This document shows positions 10,525 through 22,300 of a stretch of 30,079 nucleotides of DNA, piece by piece; positions within the stretch are counted from its first letter, which is position 1, and each line of letters starts with the position of its first letter. The stretch is from Octopus sinensis (taxonomy: Eukaryota). A program made the translations under genes and the position numbers. The notes beneath the pieces were generated by a model. The model searched no databases and was not told where the DNA came from. It saw only the letters and a program-made list of their open reading frames with translations. The stretch is from positions 1 through 30,079 of the forward strand of contig NW_021832680.1 of the NCBI RefSeq assembly GCF_006345805.1, given 5' to 3'.

Positions 10525-10526
<2 letters not shown>
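10370..10526 (+). mobile_element. Probable Penelope-like element terminal remnant carrying a minimal hammerhead-like motif
   Basis: tttctgttgaagagcacaggctcgaaacgtaaaag has the topology of PLE-type minimal hammerheads. No PLE coding sequence is seen. Confidence 0.5.

Positions 10527-10581
<55 letters not shown>
10527..10581. repeat. (TA)n microsatellite
   Basis: Directly visible. Confidence 0.95.
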
Positions 10582-10585
<4 letters not shown>

Positions 10586-10599
10586 TCCCTCAATACCAC

Positions 10600-10928
10600 T
10601 TCCCTCTCGAGGGGTCTTTGTCTTGCAAGTTATGAAGTGACCTTGTTGGTGTTGCTGCCACATAAAAAGCACCCAGTTAACTCTGTAAAGTGGTTGGCAT
10701 TAGGAAGGGCATCCAGTCATAAAACCATGTCAAATCAGACTATGCTAATGCCAGATAAAAAGCACTCAGTACACTTTCTAAAGTGGTTAGTGTTAGGAAG
10801 GCCATCTAGTTGTAAAAACCATGCCAAAGCAGACAGTGGAGCTTGGTGTAGTTACCAGGCTTGCCACCTCCTGTCAAATTGTCCGACCCATGCCAGCATG
10901 GAAGACAGACATTAAATGATGATGATGT
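10600..10928 (+). mobile_element. RTE-B 3' UTR-derived element with an internal ~93-bp tandem duplication and (GAT)n tail
   Basis: Units at 10662-10740 and 10755-10834 each carry gtggttggcattaggaagggcatc-like sequence. It ends cccatgccagcatggaagacagacattaaatgatgatgatg. Confidence 0.75.
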
Positions 10929-11204
10929 GTATCATCACAACAACTGTTGTCACCACCATCTTCATCATCACCCACATTCCATGCTTATTTATGTCAGATC
11001 GGTTGTCAGAACCTGAGTCATTTCTTATTAGGTAACACTACTCTCGTACATAAATTGGTGGAGTACATGTTGATCTTACAATTTCTTTTGGGCTCAGTTT
11101 TTACAGTGTGTAATTACTGCATTTTATTGTGGTATCAGCATCAGAAGAGTCACTAACTATGCCATAAGAATAAAGAATACTCATTATTTCACAATGTGTA
11201 CATT

Positions 11205-11443
11205 TGGTCAAACTGTGTGGAAGCCCATTATGTACGTGTGTGTGTGTGTGTATCTGTATTTGTCACTCCTCACCACTTGGCAACTGGTGTTGGTTTGTTT
11301 ATGTCAGTATAACAGCTGTTCACCAAAGAGATAGAATAAGTATCAGGCTTAAAAAGTTGTGTATTGAGAGTCGACTGTTCAACTAAACCCATCAATGTTG
11401 TGCCCCAGCATGGCCACAGCTCAATGGCTGGAACAAGACAAAC
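11205..11443 (+). mobile_element. Degenerate SINE family 1 3' part (tail type 1)
   Basis: agatagaataagtatcaggctt and ccagcatggccacagctcaatg match 6750-6850. Confidence 0.7.
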
Positions 11444-11482
11444 ACATATATACATATCTATATCTGTTTATCTATGTATTTC

Positions 11483-11513
<31 letters not shown>

Positions 11514-11541
11514 TGAGAGCGAGTGAGAGAGAGCGAGAGAG

Positions 11542-11626
<85 letters not shown>
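11483..11626. repeat. (GA)n microsatellite, about 144 bp
   Basis: Directly visible. It explains the LSLS ORFs. Confidence 0.97.
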
Positions 11627-11628
<2 letters not shown>

Positions 11629-12325
11629 AAAAGTGTAAACAAGGTTATGGTCAAAATACATTCCATAATTAAGCCAGTCTTCTGAGCAGCCAGGGAGTGA
11701 GAATGAGTGAACTATCAATTAGTTTCACTTTTCTTTAAAGCCACTTACTCAATCCTGGTCACTGAGATATTGTGGCAATCACTAAAAATATGTTAGTAAC
11801 CTTGATTACAGTTTTACTCTTATATACGCTGTGTCAGTGCTCCAGCTGATACAGATTTACACACACACACACACACACCACACACATCTGTACATATACA
11901 ATAGTTATGAGGTAAAGGAAGTGTAACACTTCTAAACAAGTCTCATAAACAACTTTTCCAGTATACTTCATTAACAAAACAGATTGCATCTCATACCACA
12001 TAATCAACTGTCTCCATATACTTCACTGGAAAAAACAGATACACCTGCATGCTCAATAGTAGAAGTGTAATTTGACTGCATAAACTACTCCTCCATAACA
12101 AAATTGTTTCTCCTATGCAATCATAGAAAATGCATGTAAATGTAGAAAAGTAGGAAGTATTTCAACAGAAATTCAGTTGATTATCTCAGCTTTGAAGGTT
12201 CAAGCTTTGAGATTTTTCAAATTAAGATCTAAGTAAAAGTACCTAATGAGTGAATCAATTACACCATAAAGACTTCTGTTGGTTCAAATAATTCTCACAT
12301 CAAAATACAACAACTGTCTGGCTTT

Positions 12326-12467
12326 GTAAGCAGGACTGTGTGGTTAAGAAGTTTGGTGTTCAAACTAACTGCATAGCGTTTTGGTCAAGTAATTTTTATC
12401 ATAATTTCAGATCAACCAAAATTTTGCCAGTGGAATTTAGTAGACAGAAACTGTGTGAAGCTTGTCA
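12326..12467 (+). mobile_element. Highly degenerate SINE family 1 head
   Basis: gactgtgtggttaagaagttt...gaatttagtagacagaaactgtgtgaagc resembles the other heads. Confidence 0.55.
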
Positions 12468-13033
12468 GAGACTTTTCTTGTTTTGGTCTGGCAGACCTAA
12501 TCTGTCACCCAGTTTAACACCACTATCTGGTCTACAAGAGCCTCTGGGTGAGTCCAATCTATTACAAACATTTGAGCTCAATCTCCAATCTGAGAACATC
12601 TTCTCCCCTTCCTCCCACCTATCTCAAATGTCCCGAATGACTCATTGATGCTGCTGTGACTAAACCATATAAAGAAAATAAACCTAATAATTGAGTAAAA
12701 ATTCTATTGTTCTATACATATTTATATATTTATATATTAATGACTATATTAACCAATGGCTTATTAAGGAAGCTCAATTGATATTTGGAATTTGCTACTG
12801 TATATTACTTCTTATAATGTTTTGTATCTTTTCTTCAGCTAGATAAACAGATATATAAAGAACAAAATAGGATAGAAATAAATAATACATGACTCTTAAT
12901 ATCTTGAGTCAACCACTTCACTTCTAACATCTATACTTGTAGAAATTTGGAAAGATTTTATGAAGAAAAAAAAAATTTCAGCAATTTTTCCACTCATGCC
13001 ACAAAATTTTATGAATGAGTAAATATTTTAATA

Positions 13034-13190
13034 GTGCAGATATAGCTGTTTCAAAAATTTGTTTTGCAACCACATGGTTTGGGGATCAGTCCTACTGCAT
13101 AACACCTTGGGTAAATGTCTTCTACTATAGTCCTGGGCCAACTAATGCCTAGTTAGTGAATTTGGGCGATGGGAACTGTGAAAGTTAATC
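13034..13190 (+). mobile_element. Degenerate SINE family 1 head
   Basis: caaccacatggtttggggatcagtcctactgc...accttgggtaaatgtcttctactatag matches 6461-6622. Confidence 0.7.
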
Positions 13191-14098
13191 GAATATATAT
13201 ATATATATATATATCTTTATAAGTGCATATGTAATTTAAAAGTATACTGGAAGGCACAACACATTGCCAAAAGGCTTGGGATTGAGAAATGCTTCCACAC
13301 TCTATTCCTTTACTCCATGTAATCATAACTCTCGACAGGCAAGCATGTTGAATTTGAGCTGTATTATATATTCATAAGAAACGCAGAAAATGCTATTGAT
13401 ATTTTTTATGCGTTATATGACAAAAGCATGTCTCTTCAAGACACTCTTATGTTATATGATTTTCACTATTACTCGCCAATTGTCACTATTACACAAGCCA
13501 ATACTGCAGAATAATGGGTACTACTATTGCCCTCACTGAACATTAATTGCATCAGGCAAATGATCATATAATGCACCAAACTGTTTGGACTTTGACAGCT
13601 CCCAGGTTTGTTCTACCTGGAACATTGATGCTGGGCCCATATGATATTAAGCCTTCCTGCATGGATACACTGTGTATGATATATAATAATAGATGGAGTA
13701 CCACTTAATACCTGCAGTGCTCTATATTGATTTACTATTGTATTTGTGGAAGCTAAAAGATGTATACATGTGCATGAAAGTCTTACAGGGATGGCATGTC
13801 TGGAAATGGCAAGGTCAATTCCAGACATGCCTGTCTATGCATACATATGTTTATGGTTGTGTGATTGTGCATGGGTACTTCTCTATCAAAATTTATTTTC
13901 ATATTTGTTTTCAATCTATAAGAATCTCTTTAATGAAAAGCCCTTGTGTAACTTGGGGAAAACATTTGCAAAGTTCTAAGTCACAAATGATTGCAAAAGC
14001 TTGTATACTGTGTTTTTGGGAATGGTACAATACTTTGATTTCTTCAGTTTAGTCAGTTACAAGTACATAATACACTAATTTCTTTTTTAAGTGTGTGT

Positions 14099-14119
14099 GA
14101 GAGAATGAGTGAGTGAGAG

Positions 14120-14180
<61 letters not shown>
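14099..14180. repeat. (GA)n microsatellite
   Basis: Directly visible. Confidence 0.95.
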
Positions 14181-14181
<1 letters not shown>

Positions 14182-14866
14182 AAGTGAGTGTATGTGTTAT
14201 GTGTTTTTTATTTAGTCAAATTAGTAGTGGACAGCATCAACAGACATTGCAGGCTCCCTCACACTAGTTCAACTTGGTCTGTAGCTTAGTGATTGTAAGA
14301 ATAACATGGACAGGCAAGTAATCTAGTTGTAAGTAGAAAGGATGAGATGAAGTGCTTAATACTGAGTGTGATGGAATAAGACAGGGTAGGAATTGGATGG
14401 GTCATTAGATAGGGACAATATTAGTGATGCATTGGATGGAGGCAGTCATGATGAGCAGTGAATAGGATGTAGGATTGGTGGAACATTAGATGGGAGTGGA
14501 TTGGGGCGTAATATTGATGAGGCATTAGGTGTGGGTAGCATTTAGCTAGCTGGTTTGGAAGAACAGGAATTCCTGTTCCTCCAAACTAGCAGTGAAAGAA
14601 GAAACAGGGAGAGAAGACTTAGCATGTAGGTTAGTAAATCATAAGAATATGAAGACCATAGGTATATTTGAATAATTTACAAACAAATGTCTTAATCTAA
14701 AAAAACATGTTAATTCCACCAGGAAAAAAATATATGTAGAAAATAGGTTCTGCCAAGTAAATGATTTTGTATTGAACATATGTTTTAATTATGTTTCTTA
14801 ATCATATGCATTTATTAATTATATAATTTCTCAAGCTGATATTTGGAGGAAGCAATTATAACTTAC

Positions 14867-15019
14867 CTGCATCATGTGCTCTATTTCATTAATGACCTCA
14901 TCAGCAGTGGCCAGATGACCTTCATCTGTGTTAAGACTGGAAATAATCAGAGAGTGCATATCAAAGGCTTCTGCCAGTTCATCGTCATCAGGTAAATCCA
15001 GATCAGTTGTCTCTGTTTC
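14867..15019 (-). CDS. FEZ2: FEZ/UNC-76 family coding exon (153 bp, phase 0 to 0): ETETTDLDLPDDDELAEAFDMHSLIISSLNTDEGHLATADEVINEIEHMMQ
   Basis: Long polypyrimidine acceptor ending cttag and donor CAG|gtaagt. The peptide matches the conserved FEZ/UNC-76 block DMHS.I.S......TAD.VI.EIE.MMQ (recalled family motif). It is too short for the supplied ORF track. Confidence 0.9.
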
Positions 15020-15370
15020 CTAAGAGAAAAAAAGAAAGAAAGAAAAAAATTTAAATGCTCAGTAAAAATAAAAATAATTGAAAGAATTAAGTATTACTTT
15101 CCTCAGATATAGCATGAAATTCTTCAAGATGAATATTCTAGACCACAATCATGGTCTAAAGAGAACAAAAAGTAAACTATTATACATAGCAGAAATATGT
15201 ATGTCTGCATTGAGCAGTCACACAAGTGTTGCTCACATAGGACTACTACTGATATATTTGGACTCTACTGTTTCTACACACAAAAACATAACCAAAAGAA
15301 AGCTATTCAGTTAATTAACAAATTTGCTTTTTCTTCCACATGACCACTGCGCAATAGTTGTAAGCAAATG

Positions 15371-15560
15371 CCTCTGTCATGCAGACAGTGTCATTCTTTC
15401 CCAGTCTTCCATGAAAGCTTATTGAGACAAGGGGAAATATTACCTTACTTGGAAACAGCTGACTACTGGCAACAGAAAGGGTATCCAGCCTTAGAAAATT
15501 CACTTTAACAAATTCTGTCTATTACATGCAAACATAGAAAGGGGAAATTAAAATGGTGAG
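15371..15560 (+). mobile_element. SINE tail type 2 (RTE-B 3'-end-like)
   Basis: aaatattaccttacttggaaacag...gaaagggtatccagcc...catgcaaacatagaaagg recurs at about 16270, 17362, 20755, 24850 and 25733. Confidence 0.7.
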
Positions 15561-16269
15561 TACACACACACACACACGTATATGCATAAATATACACATA
15601 TATAAAATGGCCTCGTTACACTTAAATCTAACTATCACCAGTTTACCTACATATATAGTAGAAAACTTGTGAATAATTGTATATTAGTACTAATCAGAAA
15701 GGTGTATTATCTACTATATAATCTCCTAAGCACGTTAACATATGTAATAATAAAAGATAAAAGAAAATGATTTCTTAAATAACTGCATTTAGGTGTTTGT
15801 CATTTGATGGTGAACAAATAAATGATATAGGTTTCTTCAAATTGAACTAACGAATATGTTTTACATATATACACTACTACGTTTTAGAAAATGCAAAATA
15901 GCTTATTAATAAGTAACACAAAAATGTTTTTCACAGGCTACATTTTTTTAGTGGTACAACCCTTCAAGCAATAACAAAAGTTTAATCAAGGAGTTGATGG
16001 ATAATCAACATGGTCTGTTGACTGTTTGAATAACTGAAAGAGAGAATATACAGAGCAAAGAGGAGGAAAGAAAGTAAAAAACTAAAAAAAAAAAAAGATT
16101 TGCTCTCTTCAACTGAAAGTACCAAGTGTTACTGTCTTTTGAAAAGTTCACCCACTCATTCATACATACATACATATCCTTGTAGGTGAATTTGAGAGAA
16201 GAAAACTGAAATAAATCCGTGTTTGTGTATGTGTGAATGTTTATGTTTGCATTTCTCTGGAAATTGCAC

Positions 16270-16474
16270 AAGCTACAAGCAGTGACATTGCTGTAATTTC
16301 TCCTGTCAATTGGTTGCCCATTGGTTTCAAGCCTTCAAAGACATGTGAAATAAGGTAACCCTTACTTGAAAAACAGTTAAAAATTAGTGGCAGCAAAGGC
16401 ATCCAATTGTAAAACAATTTGATAATATATTCATTTAATTCATACTAACATAGAAATGTAGTAATTAAAATGGT
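16270..16474 (+). mobile_element. SINE tail type 2, degenerate
   Basis: cccttacttgaaaaacag...aaaggcatccaattgtaaaac. Confidence 0.6.
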
Positions 16475-17204
16475 CAAATACACACATACATATAGATACA
16501 TGTACAATTTGAATGTTTTGATGTATACATCTTTGCCGAGAACATTTGTAGCTCAAATAAAGTAGTTACAAGCAGGAAGCAAAACAAGACCTAATATTTA
16601 ATATTAATAATCATGATAAACATCTATAAATTTTGAATACTGCTATAAAATTTGTAAAATTATCTTACCATGTATTTTAAATGTAAAAAATATTTCCTTC
16701 TAAAAAATTATATAAAGTCAGTCTAGAAGAACTGAAAGTTATCAAGAAAGAATTGTACTGATTCTATTGTTATTTTTCTAATTAAATATAACAAAAGGAA
16801 AAAAGGGATAGCAAAAAAAGAACAATAACGTTTTGATATCATTCAATCAAACTTCAGAGTCCAATAACTTATTCAATTTAGTCAGTTGATAAGTTAATTA
16901 AAAGAAGATTTTAATGATAAAACTTCTATATCATAACTGTAAATCACTTACGTTTGTTATTTACTTCTTTTGAATGACAAATAATGTTACTCATCATTCT
17001 TTATTTTTGTTTTGCTTAATTGAAAGAGTTTTAATGAATTAAAAAAAGCTTCCAGAGAGAGAAGGGAAAATAAATACGCAGTATTTCATTTCATATTACT
17101 TTGCACTTATGTTAATTTAAATGATGCTCAGGATCACCAGTGGACACACACGCACGCATGCATACATGCACGCACGTGCACGCACACACACACACATACA
17201 CACA

Positions 17205-17325
17205 CAAAGCTTCTGTACATTTTATGCATATCAAATTCCACTGACAAGGTACTGTACAATGGGATTGACTGTAGAACCATGTGATTGTGAAGTGAACTTC
17301 TTAACCTCATAGCTGTATTTGTGTT
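17205..17325 (-). mobile_element. Degenerate SINE family 1 head, internally shortened
   Basis: The reverse complement reads gaggttaagaagttcacttcacaatcacatggttct...gtggaatttg. Confidence 0.55.
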
Positions 17326-17361
17326 GACAACTCTAGCAGCTGTCTTGTTACTAGTGTCATA

Positions 17362-17590
17362 GTTTTAACATCTACCCATGCTTGCATGGGTCAAACAAAA
17401 TTCGTTGAGGCAGATATTCTATCAGATGCTCTTTCTGTTACCACCTCTCACCTGTTTCGAAGCAAAATAATATTTCCCTTAGTCCTTCAGATAAGAAGAG
17501 CTCAATGGCTAGATATGTTTCCACAGATTACAAACAAATCACTGTTTTTGTATGAACGGGGACTTTGTTTACAATCAGTACACAATGTCT
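17362..17590 (-). mobile_element. SINE tail type 2
   Basis: The reverse complement contains cttcgaaacaggtgagagg and gacccatgcaagcatgggtagatgttaaaac. Confidence 0.7.
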
Positions 17591-17654
17591 ACACAAAGAG
17601 ACAATTTTGATTGGTCCTAAATATACATGTATGCATGCACACACACGTGTTTGT

Positions 17655-17795
17655 GTATTTGTGCCCAAGAAGTTTGTTTCACTCCACAAAGTTTCAAGTT
17701 CAGCCCCTCTGTACAAAACATTTTCTACTTTAGCCCCAGACCAACCAATGCCATGTGAGCAAATTCGGTAGATGAAATTGGTATGGAAACTTGTG
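17655..17795 (+). mobile_element. Degenerate SINE family 1 head
   Basis: aagaagtttgtttc...agttcagcccct...ttctactttagccccagaccaaccaatgccatgtgagcaaattcggtagatgaaa. Confidence 0.55.
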
Positions 17796-19814
17796 CGTGC
17801 ATGCATGCATGTGTGTGTGTGTGTACGCGCACGCATGCATGTGCCTGAGAGGTATCATTTAAACTACTTGCATGATCTTAGATGAATGAAAAAAAAATCC
17901 TCAAAGTGGTTTTATATATGCATCTCTAGTAAATATTACAGTCCATAACTTTGTGCTCTTAAAATAGTGGAATAAAAAAAAGTTTCTTATTTAAATAACA
18001 GGTAAGATATGGTACCTGGTCATGAAAATTCTACTTCAAATAAGTTACTTGGTTCAACCTATACATGTGAGATAGCACAAATGGAATGAGAGAAATAAGA
18101 GACGGGCAGATGGACATGAGAGTTAGGCAAAAATTTTTAAAAGTGATGAAAATGTGTAAGCATCTGTGTATATATAAGGAAAAAATTTAGAAATTTCACT
18201 TATAATAATGTGAATAGATTACATTTAGTAAGCAAGGTATTTAATATAAACATATTAGAACAGTGTAAAAATACAGTAGATGAAAAATAGTCAAATTTAA
18301 TCCAGGACTATCAATTTGTAGATGTTTAGTTCAAAGTGCAATAGATACCATGATCTATTTAAATAGTTGAACTAGACACTCATATCTTGTTCATTACTTT
18401 ATACTTCTGAGTTCAAATTACACTAAAATTATACTCCTGAGTTCGAATTTTCTTTTCATACCTCTGAGGTTGATACACATAACAATAACATAAAGGGATT
18501 TGGATAACATCCCTTTGTAAAGAAAAAAAAATCTAAGTGTTATAATAGAAACTAATACACATAGACTATTAATAGAGCTATAATTAGTACCTAAATACTT
18601 AAAACAAAGCTAATAGCTAATAAATTAGTTCTCAAAATAGTAATGAAAATGAGGCTGTCAACAACATTGATTCAGGAGAATTAGGATTTAGATGTGTGAA
18701 ATGTTGAACTAAATAAAAACATCTTAAAAGTATGAGTGTTTCTGAAATCCATGCACTAGTTCTCACATAATATTTAGGCTAGACAAACTAAATCATTCTT
18801 ATTCTAAATTCCAACATTAAAAGATTTTAACAATGGCAAGCTAAGTCATAGATCTAAAAGTTAGCTTTTAGAACAAGGCAATCAAGACTTCTTGAAAAAC
18901 AACCAAAACTTCAATTTAATGGCAAATATATTTGAATGGCAAAAAGAATCTTATACATTTAATCTTGATTTTTATCATACCATCATAATTTATCCCAACC
19001 AAAGAAACTGAAATTTGGTATTACTTCCTATCCATAGTTAAATTATCTCTTTAGTTAAACTGAAGATAACACCATAATAACAAGGGAATCAAGAATGAAA
19101 CCATTTCAAATACTTATTAAAAAGAAGAAAAATAGAAATTTCAATAATTAATGATGATGACATAACTTCTTTCTTGGTTGTCATATTTGAATACGCTGTT
19201 ATAAAATCAGTAAAATAGTAGAATTTGAGGAAATCAGCCTGTGTTAATAAATAGAAAGTACACAAAGTGAAATAAATTATGTTGCTACAAGAAAGGAAAG
19301 AGTCTAAAGTTTTAAGAAAGAAGAGTTCTGTGTGAAATGCTAGAATTCTTTTCTTCCTCATGACACCACTCAGTGAATTGTTATAAATACTTTAATTCTT
19401 TCTAAATTAATTCCCTGTAATCACTTCATCATCTCTAAATTCTTGACATGGAATAGACAATTTGCTGTATAAAAATGTTAACATGCAGTAGGCACAGATA
19501 TATGACAACAAGCCAACTCCATATTATCAGTAACTGTATTGTGGGAGAGCCATTCTAGCCATTTAATAACAAAGATTTTAATACAGCTTAAAATTATTTC
19601 AAGACTTATTAAAATTTTCGTTGCACAACATAATTTAAAGGGAGGACAGGATTGGACAGCAGAAGGGGATGGGGAGGAGAGATAAGTGTAGTGCTTGTAA
19701 AAGAGGAAATGTTAAGAAGAGGAGATGTAGTTTGGCTTACTGGGGTAGGGTGTATGAAAAATTTGTTTCATGTAGGTGGGACACTCAGCTCTTGCAGTTT
19801 TGCTGAGGTGGGTG

Positions 19815-20195
19815 GGTCTTCTGAAGAACCTCATATTGCCAGACATCTCGGTCCATTTGTCCATGAAGGTCAATATCTTGAGATTGGTCCTCACTACTTC
19901 ATCCCATGTTTTTCTGGGACTCCCTCTTCCACAGGTGCCATCCACTTTATACTGCTGTCTACATTTAGATATATCACATGTCCAAACCAACATAGTCTTC
20001 TCTCTGCATGTGCATCTGATTCCTAGCTTCATTCCTCTCTAGTCTATGCACATCTTCTGCATTCTGAACCCATGTTTTACTACCATGGAATATAACCATT
20101 CATACACATGCATCATACAATCTGCCTCTCACTCTGAGAGGGAGTTCTTCTTTTGCCAACAGAGGTATTAGCTTTCTGAACTTCCTCCATCCTAT
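19815..20195 (-). mobile_element. RTE-B C-terminal coding fragment
   Basis: LRVRGRLYDACV, HGSKTW, VDGTCGRGSPRKTWDEVVRTNL. Confidence 0.8.
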
Positions 20196-20548
20196 TCTTT
20201 TTTCAGCAACAATATGGTTTCTTATTTAAATATGAAGTGAACCAATTCAAATAAAAATATTCAAATCAAAAGGATATGCTTATGAAAGAATGAACACAGA
20301 CAGCTTAGGTTAAAAGGGATTTATTACTATTGTAGGAAACATATATTTTAGTGCTGGTGGCAACATAAACTGCATCCAGTCTAGGCTGTAAAATAATTGC
20401 TGCTAGGGAAGGTCTACAGCCATAGAAACTATGTAAAAACATGTTGCACACAGTAAAGATGACTTTTCTCTATTGTTGTCTGTTTCAGATGACAAAAAAA
20501 GACTGGAATGAGTGGTAATGCTCTGAGATCCATTGCCATTATTATAAT

Positions 20549-20988
20549 GGCACAGGCTGCATGGTTAAGAAGTTTTCTTTGCAGCTGCATGGTTTCAGGT
20601 TCAGTCCCACTGCATGACAACTTAGGCAAGCGTCTTCTGTTATAGTCCATGTTGACTAAAGCCTTGTGAATGGATTTGATAGACAGAAACTGAAAGCCTG
20701 TTGAGCAAGCACACATGCACACACACATTCACACACACATACACATATGTATATCTTCTTGTCTTGACATCATACAGTTGTAAACAGGTGTTACCATCAT
20801 ACAAGTGGTGTCTTTCATTTCCAGTCTTCTCTGGAAACATGTCCAGCCATTAAGAAATATTCTCGCTTGGAAACAGGTGAGGGATGGTGACAAGAAGGAG
20901 ATTTGGTTGCACAAAAATTCTGATTGATATGCACAGTGGATCAGACAGTGGACATAAAAATTATTATTATTATTATTATTATTATTAT
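20549..20988 (+). mobile_element. Composite SINE: family 1 head, (CA) microsatellite, tail type 2, (TTA)n
   Basis: The head matches 6461-6622, the tail matches the 15371-type copies, and the (TTA)n tail is at 20960-20988. Confidence 0.7.
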
Positions 20989-21120
20989 AATCATTATCAT
21001 TATTCACTCACAGCTTACTTTCCCATCACAGTGCCTGCTAATGTAATCAATAACAATGATTTCTTTTATTTGCCACAAGGCACTGAGGATTATATCAAAA
21101 GATGAATCAATAATAATAAT

Positions 21121-21345
21121 AATCTTTCTACCATAGACATAAGGCCTGAAATTTTATCCCTTTTTTGGTGCGGGGAGTTGATTAGATTGACAGCAGTGTC
21201 AACTGTTACTTATTTCATTGACCTTGAAAGAATGAAAGGCAAAATTGATCCCAGTGGAATTTGAACTCAAAACACAAAGAGAGACGAAATTCCATGTTGC
21301 TAAGCAACTTGCCTGACTTGCTAACAATTCTGCCAGGTTGCTGTC
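21121..21345 (-). mobile_element. tRNA-derived SINE family 2
   Basis: The reverse complement has ctggcagaattgttagc...tgagttcaaattccactggg...gcctttcattctttc, colinear with 26647-26862. Confidence 0.7.
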
Positions 21346-21360
21346 TTCATGATAGTAATA

Positions 21361-21570
21361 ATCCTTTCTATCATAGATACAAGGCCTAAAATTTGAGAGT
21401 AGAGGGGCTAGTCAATTACATCAACTTCAGTGCTTGACTGGTATTTTCATGCACCCTGAAAAGATGAATGGCAAAGTCAACCCTGGAGGCATATGAACTT
21501 AGAATTTAAAGACAGACGAAATGCAGCTGAGCATTTTGTTCAGCAAGCTAATGATTCTGCCAATTCACTG
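21361..21570 (-). mobile_element. tRNA-derived SINE family 2, tandem to the previous copy
   Basis: Same layout: ttggcagaatcattagc...ctaagttcatatgcc...gttgactttgcc. Confidence 0.7.
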
Positions 21571-21572
21571 TT

Positions 21573-21574
<2 letters not shown>

Positions 21575-21612
<38 letters not shown>

Positions 21613-21623
21613 TAATAATAATA
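21575..21623. repeat. (AAT)n microsatellite
   Basis: Directly visible. Confidence 0.95.
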
Positions 21624-21761
21624 TTGATTTCATTTATTTGCCAGAAGGGCAAAGGATGAGGGGGACAATACAATAAAGCATAGGGGTTTACATATAATGA
21701 AATGATATTATACATGGTATAATAACAATAATAATAATGATAATTAAAAATAATGTATCAA

Positions 21762-22300
21762 CCATCTCTTGAGCAAATGTAGTAAGCTAAAATAAAAGAA
21801 TATAAGAGCAAGCATGACTATGTAGGTGAAAGTGTGCATTGGGATGTTTGTCGAGTGTGTGAATTGAAAGTAACACAAAAGTGGTATGAACACAAGCCAA
21901 AGGCTGTGATAGAGAATAAGAATTACAAGATTTCATGGGATTTCCCCATAAAGACTAACTATACTATTGAAACAAGGAGACTGGATATGGTTACATAGGA
22001 CAAAAAAGAAAAACAAAAAAAGTGCAATGCTATATGATAATATAGTGGATACCATAGAAATTGCAAAAAATTGAGAAATATCAGAACCTAGTCAGAAAAA
22101 TGAAGAGATTGTGGAAGACTAGGACTAAGATTATTCCTGTAGTAATTAGTGCATTTGGCAAAACACTCAAACTGCTACCTAAGGGATTGATAGATATTGG
22201 AATTGATACTTGCACTGTTGATCTGTAGAGAAATACAATCCTATATTCTGAAAGAATCCAAAGAAAGATTCTTGGAATTTGAGGAGACTTGTCACCAAAC
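21762..22300 (+). mobile_element. 3' fragment of an R2-group (R4/Dong-like) LINE with a restriction-like endonuclease domain
   Basis: HLLSKC...KHDYVGESVHWDVC, KWYEHKPKAVIEN...SWDFPIKT...RRLDMV, EKYQNL...RLWKTRTKIIPVVISAFG, then stop and ggagacttgtc. These are decayed CCHC/RHD and PD..D/K-Y motifs. Confidence 0.75.

Noticed and set aside
11458-11718. LSLS-rich ORFs
   Set aside because: Translation of the (GA)n microsatellite.
12470-12650. GC-richer patch, ORF 12340..12648
   Set aside because: The ORF starts in a SINE relic and shows no recognisable domain or splice signals.
16667-16700. 31-nt AG...GTAAG segment on the minus strand as a FEZ exon
   Set aside because: Frame-shifting length, very AT-rich and no FEZ similarity.
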